64,000 bases of DNA from a phage: sequence record PZ445554.1, one strand, 5' to 3'. The notes beneath the pieces were generated by a model. That model had not been told where the DNA came from. It searched no databases and saw only the letters and a program-made list of their open reading frames with translations. A program made the translations under genes and the position numbers. How positions within the stretch are numbered: position 1 is the first letter of the stretch; every line of letters starts with the position of its first letter. Shown in pieces: positions 10,017 to 19,264 of this stretch.

Positions 10017-10223
10017 TCATAACTGCCACCATTTTTTAACTTGATAAGAATCAACCCACACTTTCATATTAGGGTCTGCTCTTACAATAGGAGGATTAAC
10101 TTCTTTAATTGAACTATCATGGTATTCTTTTTCAGAAATTTTCACACAAAGATGACCATTCAAAGATTCAGTAAATCCTGCATTAATTTTAAGACGCTTG
10201 AATTTTACGTGTGTAAGCATCAA
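10017..10223 (-). CDS. Hypothetical protein
   Basis: 68 aa ORF in the a-gt to 55 interval. Confidence 0.45.
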   Translation of the reverse strand: MMLTHVKFKRLKINAGFTESLNGHLCVKISEKEYHDSSIKEVNPPIVRADPNMKVWVDSYQVKKWWQL

Positions 10224-10506
10224 TCATATCCTCAATCTGCGATCTAGTAGTCTTCCAAAGAATACTAATGAGTTCATCGTTATATGGCTGTTTTAGAATA
10301 TCCCGACTTTTCTTGATAGCATATTCGTATTGAGCAAAATTATTATTTTCAGCTGCAATCTGAGCGTGCTTATAAAGACGATTCAGTTCGCGTTTGTTTT
10401 TATGCAATAACTTATTTGCTTTTCTTTCTGCTTCAAGACGGTTCTTTTCTTCAATAGAAGAAATAAGCTTTTCCACTTCATCATTAATTTCGGGTTTATC
10501 AGTCAT
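10189..10506 (-). CDS. Hypothetical protein (predicted helical)
   Basis: 105 aa ORF in the a-gt to 55 interval. Confidence 0.5.
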   Translation of the reverse strand: MTDKPEINDEVEKLISSIEEKNRLEAERKANKLLHKNKRELNRLYKHAQIAAENNNFAQYEYAIKKSRDILKQPYNDELISILWKTTRSQIEDMIDAYTRKIQAS

Positions 10507-10507
10507 A

Positions 10508-10753
10508 TTATTTCTCTAATATAAAATAAAAATCATCATCTGTTAAATGATACCGATAGTTTAATTCTACACCATTAGATTTAAAAGCGGTATCATACGG
10601 ATTTTCTGGATCAATATCAATGTCAAGAGCTAAAACCTCCCTGAGATACATTTTAAGTAAATAGGGAATAGCTTCAACTTCAGGTATTTCTTCCAAGAAT
10701 CCGGAGAGGTTAATCGTTAGCCTCATATAAAAAATCCAAACTAGGAGAATCAT
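10508..10753 (-). CDS. Hypothetical protein
   Basis: 81 aa ORF; N-terminus overlaps the 3' end of gene 55, so the true start is uncertain. Confidence 0.4.
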
Positions 10754-11267
10754 CTACAACACTTTTCTTTTCAGCCCCCGGTGTTCTATAGGTTGATTCT
10801 TCGTAATGCGTCATTTTATCGTAGATGTCTTGAATAAAAGTTTCATCTACTAACGCAACCATATCGTCGTCACGGCTGTCATAGACATTGTGAACGAAGT
10901 AACTATATTTCTTTGCAACTTCCTTACGTTCCTTTTTAATACGTTGGACGAATGCATTAAAACAAGCTTGAGTTATATATGCATGTGGGTTTTTATATTT
11001 CGTTTCATCAAAATTATGAAGCCCCTTAATAGAAGCTTCTATACCATCTGCAATCATTTCTTGTTTCCAAGATTGGGTGTATCCTGAAAAGTTGAAACGT
11101 TTAGATAAGCCTTCTGCAATAAGCATAATGGCTAATCCGATAGTATCATTCTGACGAACTACTTTATTTGGGTCTTTATTATTTGCTAATTCTGTTTTCC
11201 AATCAATAATAGCTTGTAAAAGCTCTTTATTGTTTACGTAATTATATTTAGGCTTAGTTTCTGACAT
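10710..11267 (-). CDS. 55: Late-transcription sigma factor gp55
   Basis: 185 aa from Met [17 protein letters not shown], recognised as T4 gp55; track ORF carries a 2-codon extension. Confidence 0.88.
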
Positions 11268-11345
11268 TTTCACCTCTTAGCTCAATTCATAGATCTATTA
11301 TATCATAATATTTGAAGATCTATCTTAAAGCATAGAGAATATCAG

Positions 11346-11615
11346 TTATCTAAGTAAGCAGTATGCTTGGAACACTTTCTCCATCATCTTTTTAAATTCA
11401 TGAATATCTATATAATGACTAGTTAGATCAGCATGATATAAAAAGTCTAAAAACTTTTCATGTGTACTAACATATTCACTTTCATTTAATTCAGAAACAT
11501 GACTTTCCCAATATCCAACACCAGTCTTATTTGGGAAAAATGAAATTTTCATGTATTGGTCAACATAGAAAATGCCATAATTTTCAATAGTAATAGAAAT
11601 ATTAATAAATTTCAT
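11346..11615 (-). CDS. Hypothetical protein (55.x region)
   Basis: 89 aa ORF. Confidence 0.5.
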   Translation of the reverse strand: MKFINISITIENYGIFYVDQYMKISFFPNKTGVGYWESHVSELNESEYVSTHEKFLDFLYHADLTSHYIDIHEFKKMMEKVFQAYCLLR

Positions 11616-11833
11616 ACATTCATCAACTTAGCCGCTTCAAGAGCTGCATCTAGTGAATCAAATTGATCAACATATTCAATCAATTCGCCGTAATTGGCAT
11701 ATAACCACCATTGGCTAAATTCATACTCAAGGATGAATCCGTTTCCTTCAATTTGAGTTAAACCAATGCCATTTGTATTTACTTCATATCCGGCAAGACG
11801 CAAATCGTTAATAAGAGCTTCGTTCATATTCAT
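11612..11833 (-). CDS. Hypothetical protein (55.x region)
   Basis: 73 aa ORF, 4-nt overlap with neighbours. Confidence 0.5.
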   Translation of the reverse strand: MNMNEALINDLRLAGYEVNTNGIGLTQIEGNGFILEYEFSQWWLYANYGELIEYVDQFDSLDAALEAAKLMNV

Positions 11834-12156
11834 ACCTTAGCAATTTTCAGGTCTGCAAATTTTTTCTTGCGTTGATTTTTCATGCGACGAATAGTTTTAT
11901 CGGAAATTTCATGCTTTTGATAAGCTTTAGATTCTACGCCAAAAGCTTTAACATCAAATTCCGACAAGATATATTGAACCAGCAATTCACGGACAGTATT
12001 ACGTCCAATCTTCTGATCATTCTGTTTCATCGTCTGATGAAGCTCTTTTTCCCATTTATCCAAAATTTGAGGAGTTACAATATCGCCTTTTTCTAGCAAA
12101 GAAACTACTTTATCATATGCGTAAGAATTAATGACGTTTTTAATTTGAATAGTCAT
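11830..12156 (-). CDS. Hypothetical protein (55.x region)
   Basis: 108 aa ORF, basic C-terminus. Confidence 0.5.
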   Translation of the reverse strand: MTIQIKNVINSYAYDKVVSLLEKGDIVTPQILDKWEKELHQTMKQNDQKIGRNTVRELLVQYILSEFDVKAFGVESKAYQKHEISDKTIRRMKNQRKKKFADLKIAKV

Positions 12157-12194
12157 ACATTATCCTCAATTACGTTAAAATTTTATTATCCAAA

Positions 12195-12210
12195 AAGGGC
12201 CGAAGCCCTT
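12195..12210 (-). terminator. Stem-loop (UUCG tetraloop)
   Basis: GGGC-UUCG-GCCC followed by U-rich tract. Confidence 0.5.
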
Positions 12211-12409
12211 AGCTAAACTTTTTGGCACCCTTCCAGCCTTCGTACATCATTGCGACTGACAATGACAAAGCTCCTTCACATGCTGCATACTTATTATTCC
12301 AGAACCAATTTAGAAAAACTTCATCCTCAATACCATTGTGTTTCATGTTCTGGAAAAATTTGGCGCGTTCTTCAGCAATTCGCTGCGATAATTTAGATTC
12401 AGGATTCAT
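12209..12409 (-). CDS. Hypothetical protein
   Basis: 66 aa ORF; tetraloop hairpin immediately downstream. Confidence 0.45.
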   Translation of the reverse strand: MNPESKLSQRIAEERAKFFQNMKHNGIEDEVFLNWFWNNKYAACEGALSLSVAMMYEGWKGAKKFS

Positions 12410-12625
12410 TTAAATTTCCCAATTACCATTTTCATCAATAAATTTAATCCAGTCATTTACTGACCACTTAGTTGTATCGCCTTTTGGAGTAGCATTTAAA
12501 GTATATAGCCCTTGCTTAAAAAGCATTCGTTTGATATTCATATTTTCCTCAGCTGTAACGATAACACTCGTTTGATTTACGTTTAGCAACTCGTTGAGAA
12601 GTATTATAATCAAAATCATCGTCAA
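12410..12625 (-). CDS. Hypothetical protein
   Basis: 71 aa ORF with hydrophobic N-terminus. Confidence 0.4.
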   Translation of the reverse strand: MTMILIIILLNELLNVNQTSVIVTAEENMNIKRMLFKQGLYTLNATPKGDTTKWSVNDWIKFIDENGNWEI

Positions 12626-12842
12626 TGTAAACTGATTTTTTCAACTTTCTTACTTCACCGCGTAATTGACGATTTAACTCATCTTTAACTTCTGAATCAA
12701 TACCTTTCATTCTACGCCATTTATCTGAGCGAAAAATGTTTTCAACCATATCTTTATGACTTACACCATCAGGAGCTTTACGCTTTCCGAAATAGTCATA
12801 ATCACGAACTTTCAAGTCTTTACGACGATACGTTTTACCCAT
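12549..12842 (-). CDS. Hypothetical basic protein
   Basis: Internal Met MGKTYRRKDLK with AAGGAAA RBS; Arg/Lys-rich. Confidence 0.4.
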   Translation of the reverse strand: MGKTYRRKDLKVRDYDYFGKRKAPDGVSHKDMVENIFRSDKWRRMKGIDSEVKDELNRQLRGEVRKLKKSVYIDDDFDYNTSQRVAKRKSNECYRYS

Positions 12843-13017
12843 GGAGTTTAATTTCCTTAGCAACTGAACTAAATGCAGCACGATCGCAAATCATGCGTTT
12901 ATGTAACTTGAGTATAATATAGCAAACTTCAAAACTATTTACATGAGTAACACGAACAGCATTACCATTAATGAGATAATACTGTCCCTTTTTAATTTCT
13001 TTATCAACTACAACCAT
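12835..13017 (-). CDS. Hypothetical protein
   Basis: 60 aa ORF directly downstream of an early-promoter cassette. Confidence 0.35.
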   Translation of the reverse strand: MVVVDKEIKKGQYYLINGNAVRVTHVNSFEVCYIILKLHKRMICDRAAFSSVAKEIKLHG

Positions 13018-13047
13018 ATCAATTCCTCAAAGGTAATTCATATGTTA

Positions 13048-13077
13048 ATAATACCATGGTTTGAACTTGTTGTAAAC
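13048..13077 (-). promoter_or_regulatory. Early promoter (GTTTAC -35, 18-nt spacer, TATTAT -10)
   Basis: Minus strand GTTTAC-N18-TATTAT upstream of ORF 12835-13017. Confidence 0.55.
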
Positions 13078-13156
13078 AACTTTGTGAAAAATATTTTAGG
13101 GAATGATAAGAAAGGAACGATAGCTTAGAATGGTAATATACAGAATGTGAGAAAGA

Positions 13157-13173
13157 AAGGCCCAGAGGGCCCG
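13157..13173 (-). terminator. Stem-loop after nrdH
   Basis: GGGCC-UCU-GGGCC followed by CUUUCUUUCU. Confidence 0.5.
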
Positions 13174-13175
13174 TC

Positions 13176-13499
13176 TTAATCTTCTATGATATCTCTATCA
13201 TATCCAAGTGAAATGAGAGTTTCTTTGAAGTGTTTAATGTTCTTTTGTCTAGAATCATTAATGAAAATGACTGGATAACGAATGTTAAGAGATGTGAATC
13301 CAGCGCGTTTAGCAAGAGATACAATCAGTGGACGATCATACTCAATCTTACCATTATTTGTAAGAACTTTATAGAAAGTAAAAGGAGCATTGAGCTCCTT
13401 TAGAAGTTTTGTAACTGATTGACATCCAGGACAACGACCTACTTCATCTGGAATTCCATAGACTTCAATCTTATTCTTTAAGTTCGAGTTTTGTTCCAC
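13176..13499 (-). CDS. nrdH: Glutaredoxin-like protein (NrdH-like)
   Basis: CPGC redox motif in a glutaredoxin-like context (KIEVYGIPDEVGRCPGCQ); no in-frame ATG near the domain start, so a GTG start with AAGGA RBS is proposed. Confidence 0.55.
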   Translation of the reverse strand: MEQNSNLKNKIEVYGIPDEVGRCPGCQSVTKLLKELNAPFTFYKVLTNNGKIEYDRPLIVSLAKRAGFTSLNIRYPVIFINDSRQKNIKHFKETLISLGYDRDIIED

Positions 13500-13761
13500 G
13501 AGAAATAATTCCTTGGTAAGCCCAATAAGGAGGATTAACAGAATCCTCGTCAGAGTTTTCTTCAGGAAAATAAACCTGGATAACAAATCCAGATGCATCA
13601 AAGGTAAAATAAACCGTAGGCAGTTCACCTAACAATTCGGCACGAGCATTAATTTCTTCGAGATCTCGTTCACGTCCAGCCCAAAAACTAGGATTTAGAC
13701 TACATTCGTAAAAATAATAGTCATTACCGAACATGTCAAAACCCTTCCAACTCTCTACCAC
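13471..13761 (-). CDS. Hypothetical acidic protein
   Basis: 96 aa ORF; stop overlaps the proposed nrdH start. Confidence 0.45.
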   Translation of the reverse strand: MVESWKGFDMFGNDYYFYECSLNPSFWAGRERDLEEINARAELLGELPTVYFTFDASGFVIQVYFPEENSDEDSVNPPYWAYQGIISRGTKLELKE

Positions 13762-13784
13762 ATACCGCTCAAAACTAATTATAA

Positions 13785-14000
13785 TTAAGCCTTTTTATCA
13801 AGAACAGAATTCAGCTTGTTAGTAATTTTATCCAGACGCTCATTGAACTCACTAGAAGATAAGCCCTTTTCTGGAGAAATCAAACTAATCACGAAAAATA
13901 TAGCAATAAAAGGAATAAGGAAAATAGCTCCAACTGCCATAAACAGAAAGAATGTTACAGTTGTAAGAAAATCAGCTAAACCTTTACGAAATTTATACAT
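13785..14000 (-). CDS. Small membrane protein
   Basis: 71 aa, one long hydrophobic segment. Confidence 0.45.
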   Translation of the reverse strand: MYKFRKGLADFLTTVTFFLFMAVGAIFLIPFIAIFFVISLISPEKGLSSSEFNERLDKITNKLNSVLDKKA

Positions 14001-14115
14001 ATTTTACCCTTAATTAATTAACCAAGCATTGATAAGCACTAAACTATATTGGGAATAAAATTCTGGACCAAAATGAAAAATCATATCATTTATAGTATCC
14101 ATAATATAATTCAAT

Positions 14116-14586
14116 TTAATCATGTTTCCACACCCCATCGGTATTTGACCAAAGCCGCTGATTATCTGATCCTCGCCACAGCTTTTTAGTCGGAAGATTT
14201 TTCTCATACTTCCCATCAATAATAACATCAACATATTTAAGCATTTCTAGTTGTTTAATATCTTCAAACTTATATCCTGTCCACAACCAAATGCTTTTAT
14301 TGGGATAAAGATTTTTTACTGTTTGAACGATGCAATGAATAACATCTCGGTTATCAGGATAGAGAGGGTCTCCTCCAGTTATAGTTAATCCTTCTATATA
14401 ATCATTATTCAAACATTCAATTAATTGTTCTAGTGTTTCACCAGTGAATGGAATACCATTTCTAGCATTCCATGTTGATTTATTATAACACCCTTCACAT
14501 TTATGCAAACAACCTGTAACGAAAAGAACGACCCTGCAACCAGGGCCATTCACAAAATCACAAGGATAAAATCTATCATAATTCAT
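14116..14586 (-). CDS. nrdG: Anaerobic ribonucleotide reductase activating protein (radical SAM)
   Basis: 156 aa; Cys-rich N-terminus (CRVVLFVTGCLHKCEGC); adjacent to nrdD. Confidence 0.85.
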   Translation of the reverse strand: MNYDRFYPCDFVNGPGCRVVLFVTGCLHKCEGCYNKSTWNARNGIPFTGETLEQLIECLNNDYIEGLTITGGDPLYPDNRDVIHCIVQTVKNLYPNKSIWLWTGYKFEDIKQLEMLKYVDVIIDGKYEKNLPTKKLWRGSDNQRLWSNTDGVWKHD

Positions 14587-16400
14587 TGATGCTTAACCCT
14601 ATGCATGATTTCTTTATTTTTACCGAGATTAAATCCGCGTTCGTTAGGATTTCCCAAATAACCACATGTTCTTCTTATTGTGTTCATCTTTTTAGGATCA
14701 GTTTCTCCACAAATAGAACAAACAAATCCGTTTTCAGTAGGAGTCATTTCATGGGTACTTCCGCATGTAAAACATTTATCTACCGGCATGTTAACACCAA
14801 AATAATCTAAATGTTGTGCAGCATAATCCCATACGGCCTCAAGACCCTTTAAGTTATTTTTCATATCAGGAAGTTCAACATAAGAAATGTGACCACCTGT
14901 CGCAATGAAATGATATGGCGCTTCACGAGAAATCTTTTCAAACGGAGTAATATTTTCTTCTACTGAGACATGGAAACTGTTAGTGTACCAGCCTTTATCG
15001 GTAACATCTTTTACGCTTCCATATTTTTCTGTATCGAGTTTACAGAAGCGATAACAAAGGTTTTCAGCAGGAGTCGAATATAAACTAAAAGCAAATCCGG
15101 TTCTTTCAGTCCACTGTTTAAGATGAGCATTCATTTTAGTTAAAATTTCTCGTCCAATATCACGACCGACAAGAATATTCAATTCGTGAATACCAATGTA
15201 TCCTAAAGACACTGAACTTCTACCGTTTTTAAATAACTCAATTATGTCGTCATCAGGTTTAAGACGAACCCCAAATGCACCTTCTTGGTAAAGAATAGGA
15301 GCAACAGTAGCTTTAACTCCTTTTAAGGAACTAATTCTACACATCAAAGCTTCAAAACATAAATCCATTCGTTCATTGAATAATTCAACAAATTTCTGTT
15401 CATTGAACTGTGTTCCAATATAAGAATCTAACGCGATGCGAGGAAGATTCAATGTTACAACACCAAGATTATTACGTCCATCAAGAATTTCATTGCCAGT
15501 CGAATCTTTCCATACGCTCAAGAAACTACGGCAACCCATTGGAGAAACAGGAACAGATGAACCAGTGATAGCTTTATTATTCTTAGCTGAAATAATATCA
15601 GGATACATTCTTTTGCTTGCACACTCTAGAGCAAGCTGCTTAATATCATAGTTCGGATCGTCTTTATAAAGATTAACACCTTCTTCAACGAACATAACAA
15701 GCTTAGGGAAAATAGGAGTTATCCCATCACGACCAAGACCTTTAATACGATTTTTCAGAATTGCTTTCTGAATCATTCGTTCAGTCCAGTCAGTTCCCGT
15801 ACCAAATGTAATTGTTACAAAAGGAGTCTGTCCGTTTGAACTAAAGAGAGTATTTACTTCATATTCATAAGCTTGGAATGCATCGTATACGTCTTTTTCT
15901 GTTTTAGATTGAGCATAATTCAACGCATCAGCGATTTGCCATTTTTCTGCATCCTCAATATGTTTTGCATAGGTGCGTTTAACATAAGGAGAAAGTACTT
16001 TATCTACATTCGCAAAAGTCGTTCCGCCGTATTGGTGAGAAGCAACCTGTGCAGTAATTTGTGCCATAATTGCAGTAGCAACGCCAATTGATTTAGGAGT
16101 TTCAATCTGTGCATTACCAAGCTTAAATCCGTTCTCAAGCATTCCTTTTAAATCTACTAAACAGCAATTAGTAAATGGAAGAGCAGGGGAATAATCAATA
16201 TCATGGAAATGAATAATTCCGCTTTCATGCGCTTTCATAATAAAAGACGGGACCATATTTTTGGCAATGTGTTTAGACACAATACCAGCCATAAGGTCCC
16301 GTTGAGTTGGAAAAACACGAGAATCTTTATTAGCATTCTCGTTTAAAAGGTCTTTATTAGTTTTATGAATCAATCCTTCAATTTCTTTTTCAATTGTCAT
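14583..16400 (-). CDS. nrdD: Anaerobic ribonucleoside-triphosphate reductase (glycyl radical enzyme), uninterrupted
   Basis: 605 aa continuous ORF; C-terminal zinc ribbon CFTCGS...CSICG and glycyl-radical motif RRTCGYLG. Confidence 0.9.
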   Translation of the reverse strand: MTIEKEIEGLIHKTNKDLLNENANKDSRVFPTQRDLMAGIVSKHIAKNMVPSFIMKAHESGIIHFHDIDYSPALPFTNCCLVDLKGMLENGFKLGNAQIETPKSIGVATAIMAQITAQVASHQYGGTTFANVDKVLSPYVKRTYAKHIEDAEKWQIADALNYAQSKTEKDVYDAFQAYEYEVNTLFSSNGQTPFVTITFGTGTDWTERMIQKAILKNRIKGLGRDGITPIFPKLVMFVEEGVNLYKDDPNYDIKQLALECASKRMYPDIISAKNNKAITGSSVPVSPMGCRSFLSVWKDSTGNEILDGRNNLGVVTLNLPRIALDSYIGTQFNEQKFVELFNERMDLCFEALMCRISSLKGVKATVAPILYQEGAFGVRLKPDDDIIELFKNGRSSVSLGYIGIHELNILVGRDIGREILTKMNAHLKQWTERTGFAFSLYSTPAENLCYRFCKLDTEKYGSVKDVTDKGWYTNSFHVSVEENITPFEKISREAPYHFIATGGHISYVELPDMKNNLKGLEAVWDYAAQHLDYFGVNMPVDKCFTCGSTHEMTPTENGFVCSICGETDPKKMNTIRRTCGYLGNPNERGFNLGKNKEIMHRVKHQ

Positions 16401-16870
16401 TTTAAACTCTTTCTAAGCTGCTTCTTAAATGAAGCTATTAACTGTGTTTTGGTGTCAGATTCATTATATTCAAATCCTCTTTGAAGCATCTCGGCCATCA
16501 TTTCCTCTTTTCCTAAACGAGAAAATTCCTTTGATTTATCTCCAACAAAGTTAGGGTGAATATTATTTTGGGTGTAATCGGATTTTAAATAAGTAAGTAA
16601 ATTTTCTAACCATTCAAGATAATCAACACCTTGTCCCTTTAAGCCAGAACGATTAAATTTGTGCTTCATTTGACCTTCTGCGGCATTGCAGAGATTACAA
16701 AGCAATCCACGTACCTTTCCTGCTTTTGGTCCATTTAATTCATGGTCATGATCAAGATGATTAGCTTGAACATCAGGATTTAGTTCTCGTTGGCAAATTA
16801 AGCATTTACCGTTTTGTGCATTATAAAATTTCTGTTTTTCTTCTTTGTATAATTTGCCAGTCAATAACAT
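16397..16870 (-). CDS. 49: Endonuclease VII (Holliday junction resolvase)
   Basis: 157 aa; recognised as T4 gp49, including the zinc-binding CLICQ...CNLCN region. Confidence 0.9.
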   Translation of the reverse strand: MLLTGKLYKEEKQKFYNAQNGKCLICQRELNPDVQANHLDHDHELNGPKAGKVRGLLCNLCNAAEGQMKHKFNRSGLKGQGVDYLEWLENLLTYLKSDYTQNNIHPNFVGDKSKEFSRLGKEEMMAEMLQRGFEYNESDTKTQLIASFKKQLRKSLK

Positions 16871-16912
16871 AATAAAACCCTTACCTTAAATAGATAAGGG
16901 TATTTATTATTT

Positions 16913-16960
16913 TTAAGTATTGTAAAACATTCGATGCAATCGTTTATACTGTCGAATCAT
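16913..16960. repeat. Direct repeat R1, copy a (48 bp)
   Basis: About 42/48 identical to 17130-17177; encodes the C-terminal 16 aa of the 58-aa ORF. Confidence 0.8.
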
Positions 16961-17089
16961 CTTTTTAGTAGGACGAGAATAGGTTCCTACGCAAGTGGTC
17001 ATATGAGGGTCCGTAGAATGTCCTTTAATAAAAAGTTTCCAAACCTTACCGCCATTTAACTTTTCAGTATAAACCAATTCGGTTTTCAT
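16913..17089 (-). CDS. Small chimeric ORF (58 aa) sharing its C-terminal 16 aa with the next gene
   Basis: Below track cut-off; ends MIRQYKRLHRMFYNT, matching the C-terminus of ORF 17130-17615 (MIRQYKRLHQMFYNT) through a 48-bp direct repeat. Confidence 0.35.
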   Translation of the reverse strand: MKTELVYTEKLNGGKVWKLFIKGHSTDPHMTTCVGTYSRPTKKMIRQYKRLHRMFYNT

Positions 17090-17100
17090 TAAAATGCCTT

Positions 17101-17123
17101 GTCAGAAAAAGAATTTTGAGTTT
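17101..17123. repeat. Direct repeat R2, copy a (23 bp), followed by a T7 run
   Basis: Exact copy of 17181-17203; lies in the leader of the 58-aa ORF. Confidence 0.8.
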
Positions 17124-17129
17124 TTTTTT

Positions 17130-17177
17130 TCAAGTATTATAAAACATTTGATGCAATCGCTTATATTGCCGAATCAT
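17130..17177. repeat. Direct repeat R1, copy b (48 bp)
   Basis: Encodes the C-terminus of ORF 17130-17615. Confidence 0.8.
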
Positions 17178-17615
17178 TTGGTCAGAAAAAGAATTTTGAG
17201 TTTCAAGCCATTCAATATATTCTGCCGCAGCTTGCATCAGGTTACCTTCATAATCATCAATATCTTTTTTCAATGCCACTTTAGCTAATGCATATGAAAT
17301 ACGTTCACCTTGAAAAGCGGCTTTAGGCTTCTGAACATCTTGGCTAGTTCTCTCTACAACTTCCTCGATTTCACCATTTTCAACGGATTCAGTATTCCAC
17401 AAACACCAATACGTAATTGGCTTATCATAGATGTTAATAATCTTTCCGTCGGAAAGTTCAATTTCAATAATTCCAGTGTCAGGCTCTATATCATCTTCAC
17501 ATTCTTTTGCAAGTTCACGAACTTTAAAGACAGTACCTGCACTAAGTTCCGGCCAGTAATTACATAGCCCTGTATCAACACGATTAATTCTAAACCACTT
17601 ATCTACTGTAATCAT
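17130..17615 (-). CDS. Hypothetical protein, 161 aa (position of T4 pin, Lon protease inhibitor)
   Basis: ATG MITVDKW with GGAG RBS; early-promoter cassette upstream; size and position fit pin but I cannot verify the sequence. Confidence 0.5.
   Translation of the reverse strand: MITVDKWFRINRVDTGLCNYWPELSAGTVFKVRELAKECEDDIEPDTGIIEIELSDGKIINIYDKPITYWCLWNTESVENGEIEEVVERTSQDVQKPKAAFQGERISYALAKVALKKDIDDYEGNLMQAAAEYIEWLETQNSFSDQMIRQYKRLHQMFYNT
17181..17203. repeat. Direct repeat R2, copy b (23 bp)
   Basis: Inside the coding region of ORF 17130-17615. Confidence 0.8.
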
Positions 17616-17655
17616 GTCCCATCTCCATATCAATTAAGTCATTTATCGTTGGTTC

Positions 17656-17685
17656 ATTATATACTGTTTCTTCATCAGTGTAAAC
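17656..17685 (-). promoter_or_regulatory. Early promoter (GTTTAC / TATAAT)
   Basis: Minus strand GTTTAC-N18-TATAAT about 40 nt upstream of ORF 17130-17615. Confidence 0.6.
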
Positions 17686-17738
17686 CGGTTCTTCCGGCTC
17701 TGGCTCTACAGTTTCCCATCTAGCCGCCCACCAAGGTT

Positions 17739-18059
17739 TTATAGCGTAATCCATTCTCGTACTGTCTGAGTTACTACACGTTCTCGAAGCTCAACCAGTT
17801 CAACGGTAGGAACTGCATAATACCAGTCAGAATGGTAAGAACCTGAGCGAGATTCATTTACAGCCACATGTACATTATGTTTTGGACTAAAATAAACACA
17901 CTGACGATATTGGCATTTACCATCTTGCACCCAGTCTTCTATTTCGATAGGTTTAAGATAGTCGGAAAAATCGAAATCATAGTTTTCCGAAAATGCATCA
18001 TGGTCTTCGATGATTTCACTCAGAACTGCATCAACATCTAATTTATTTTCAATAGTCAT
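17739..18059 (-). CDS. Hypothetical protein
   Basis: 106 aa ORF. Confidence 0.5.
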   Translation of the reverse strand: MTIENKLDVDAVLSEIIEDHDAFSENYDFDFSDYLKPIEIEDWVQDGKCQYRQCVYFSPKHNVHVAVNESRSGSYHSDWYYAVPTVELVELRERVVTQTVREWITL

Positions 18060-18070
18060 TTTTTCACCAA

Positions 18071-18280
18071 TTAATTTCGCAATTTATTAAGTTCTTCATA
18101 ATCAATCCAGGATTCTAATCCTGATGGCAAATCAGATTCAATTTCCCACAGAAGTTCTTCAATTTTATGAAGACGATCTAATTCTTCAGCTGGAATAGTA
18201 ACCATTGATGGAGCTCTTGATACACTAATATCGTAAATCATATTTACCCCAGTTTGACCATACAATCGCCGTATTTCCAC
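18071..18280 (-). CDS. Hypothetical protein
   Basis: 69 aa ORF. Confidence 0.45.
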   Translation of the reverse strand: MEIRRLYGQTGVNMIYDISVSRAPSMVTIPAEELDRLHKIEELLWEIESDLPSGLESWIDYEELNKLRN

Positions 18281-18459
18281 TTAGAAATAGACTTTTCGCC
18301 GTTAGAATAATAAACTTCGAGTTTAGCACGATTATTTTTAATTTGAATAACCTTGGCTGTCATTAAAGTTCCATACCCATAGTAAACTGCAACTTCATCA
18401 CCTACATATACCGCGCTTCCGCGGTAATCATGGATATAATCAGTTCCTTCGAGCATCAT
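18244..18459 (-). CDS. Hypothetical protein
   Basis: 71 aa ORF. Confidence 0.45.
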   Translation of the reverse strand: MMLEGTDYIHDYRGSAVYVGDEVAVYYGYGTLMTAKVIQIKNNRAKLEVYYSNGEKSISKWKYGDCMVKLG

Positions 18460-18719
18460 TTAAAGTATTCCCGCAATTGGTCAAATCCACCAATATGACT
18501 TCCATCAGGAGCAAATACCTGAGGCATTGTCAAGCCAATTTGAGTATCACGACCTAGTTTAGTCAGAAGCTCAGCAATTTTCTCATCGTCAAAAACACCT
18601 TTTTCCGGCATAATGTTGATAAACTCAAACGGCTGTTTCTTCACGGTCAAAAGACGTTTTGCATTATCGCAATACACACATTTATGGATGTTGCTATCAT
18701 AACCATATACTTTAAACAT
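18456..18719 (-). CDS. nrdC: Thioredoxin (glutaredoxin-like)
   Basis: 87 aa with CVYC redox motif; recognised as T4 thioredoxin. Confidence 0.85.
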   Translation of the reverse strand: MFKVYGYDSNIHKCVYCDNAKRLLTVKKQPFEFINIMPEKGVFDDEKIAELLTKLGRDTQIGLTMPQVFAPDGSHIGGFDQLREYFK

Positions 18720-18720
18720 A

Positions 18721-18963
18721 TTATTCCTTAATTCCTAGTACTTGTTTAAAAGTCTCGTCGTAATCAAGACTTTGACCCGTTTGTTCTTTATGTTTGTATA
18801 TAATATCACTTACTTCTGATAGCATATTTTTATATGAACGAGTTAAAGCAGATTTAAGCACGCTGTATCTATCAGGAAATTTACCGTGTTCATTATAATA
18901 AGCTATTGCTAATTCACGGACTGCCTTTTCGGCAGTCTCCATATATTCTTTACGCTTGGTCAT
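18721..18963 (-). CDS. Hypothetical protein
   Basis: First ATG in ORF ([14 protein letters not shown]); track start is a non-ATG codon. Confidence 0.45.
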
Positions 18964-19264
18964 TTTCTTCTCGGTCAAATCGGTGTTTACAATGGCGACA
19001 TTTATAACGAAGATTATTAGTCTGCCAATGGACTAATTGCACCTGTTCAGTTCCACATTCAGGGCAATTAGGAACGTTTTTAGAAGCACGTTCGCGGCGT
19101 TCAACCATGACCATTACAGAATCCCAATTAATAGGGCTGCTATAATCATCACAACCATGAATCTTTCCACGCATTTCCAGATCGTCTTCTTCACCAGCCA
19201 TAATAATTTTAATTAGACTAGAATTACTTGAAGCTGCAATGTCTTCTAATAGACGCTTTTTCAT
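18950..19264 (-). CDS. Hypothetical protein with C-terminal zinc ribbon
   Basis: 104 aa; CPECG...CRHCKH four-Cys motif. Confidence 0.5.

Noticed and set aside
17599-17754. 51-aa minus-strand ORF upstream of ORF 17130-17615
   Set aside because: It contains a near-consensus early promoter (GTTTAC-N18-TATAAT) and overlaps both neighbours; more likely a promoter/leader region than a gene.
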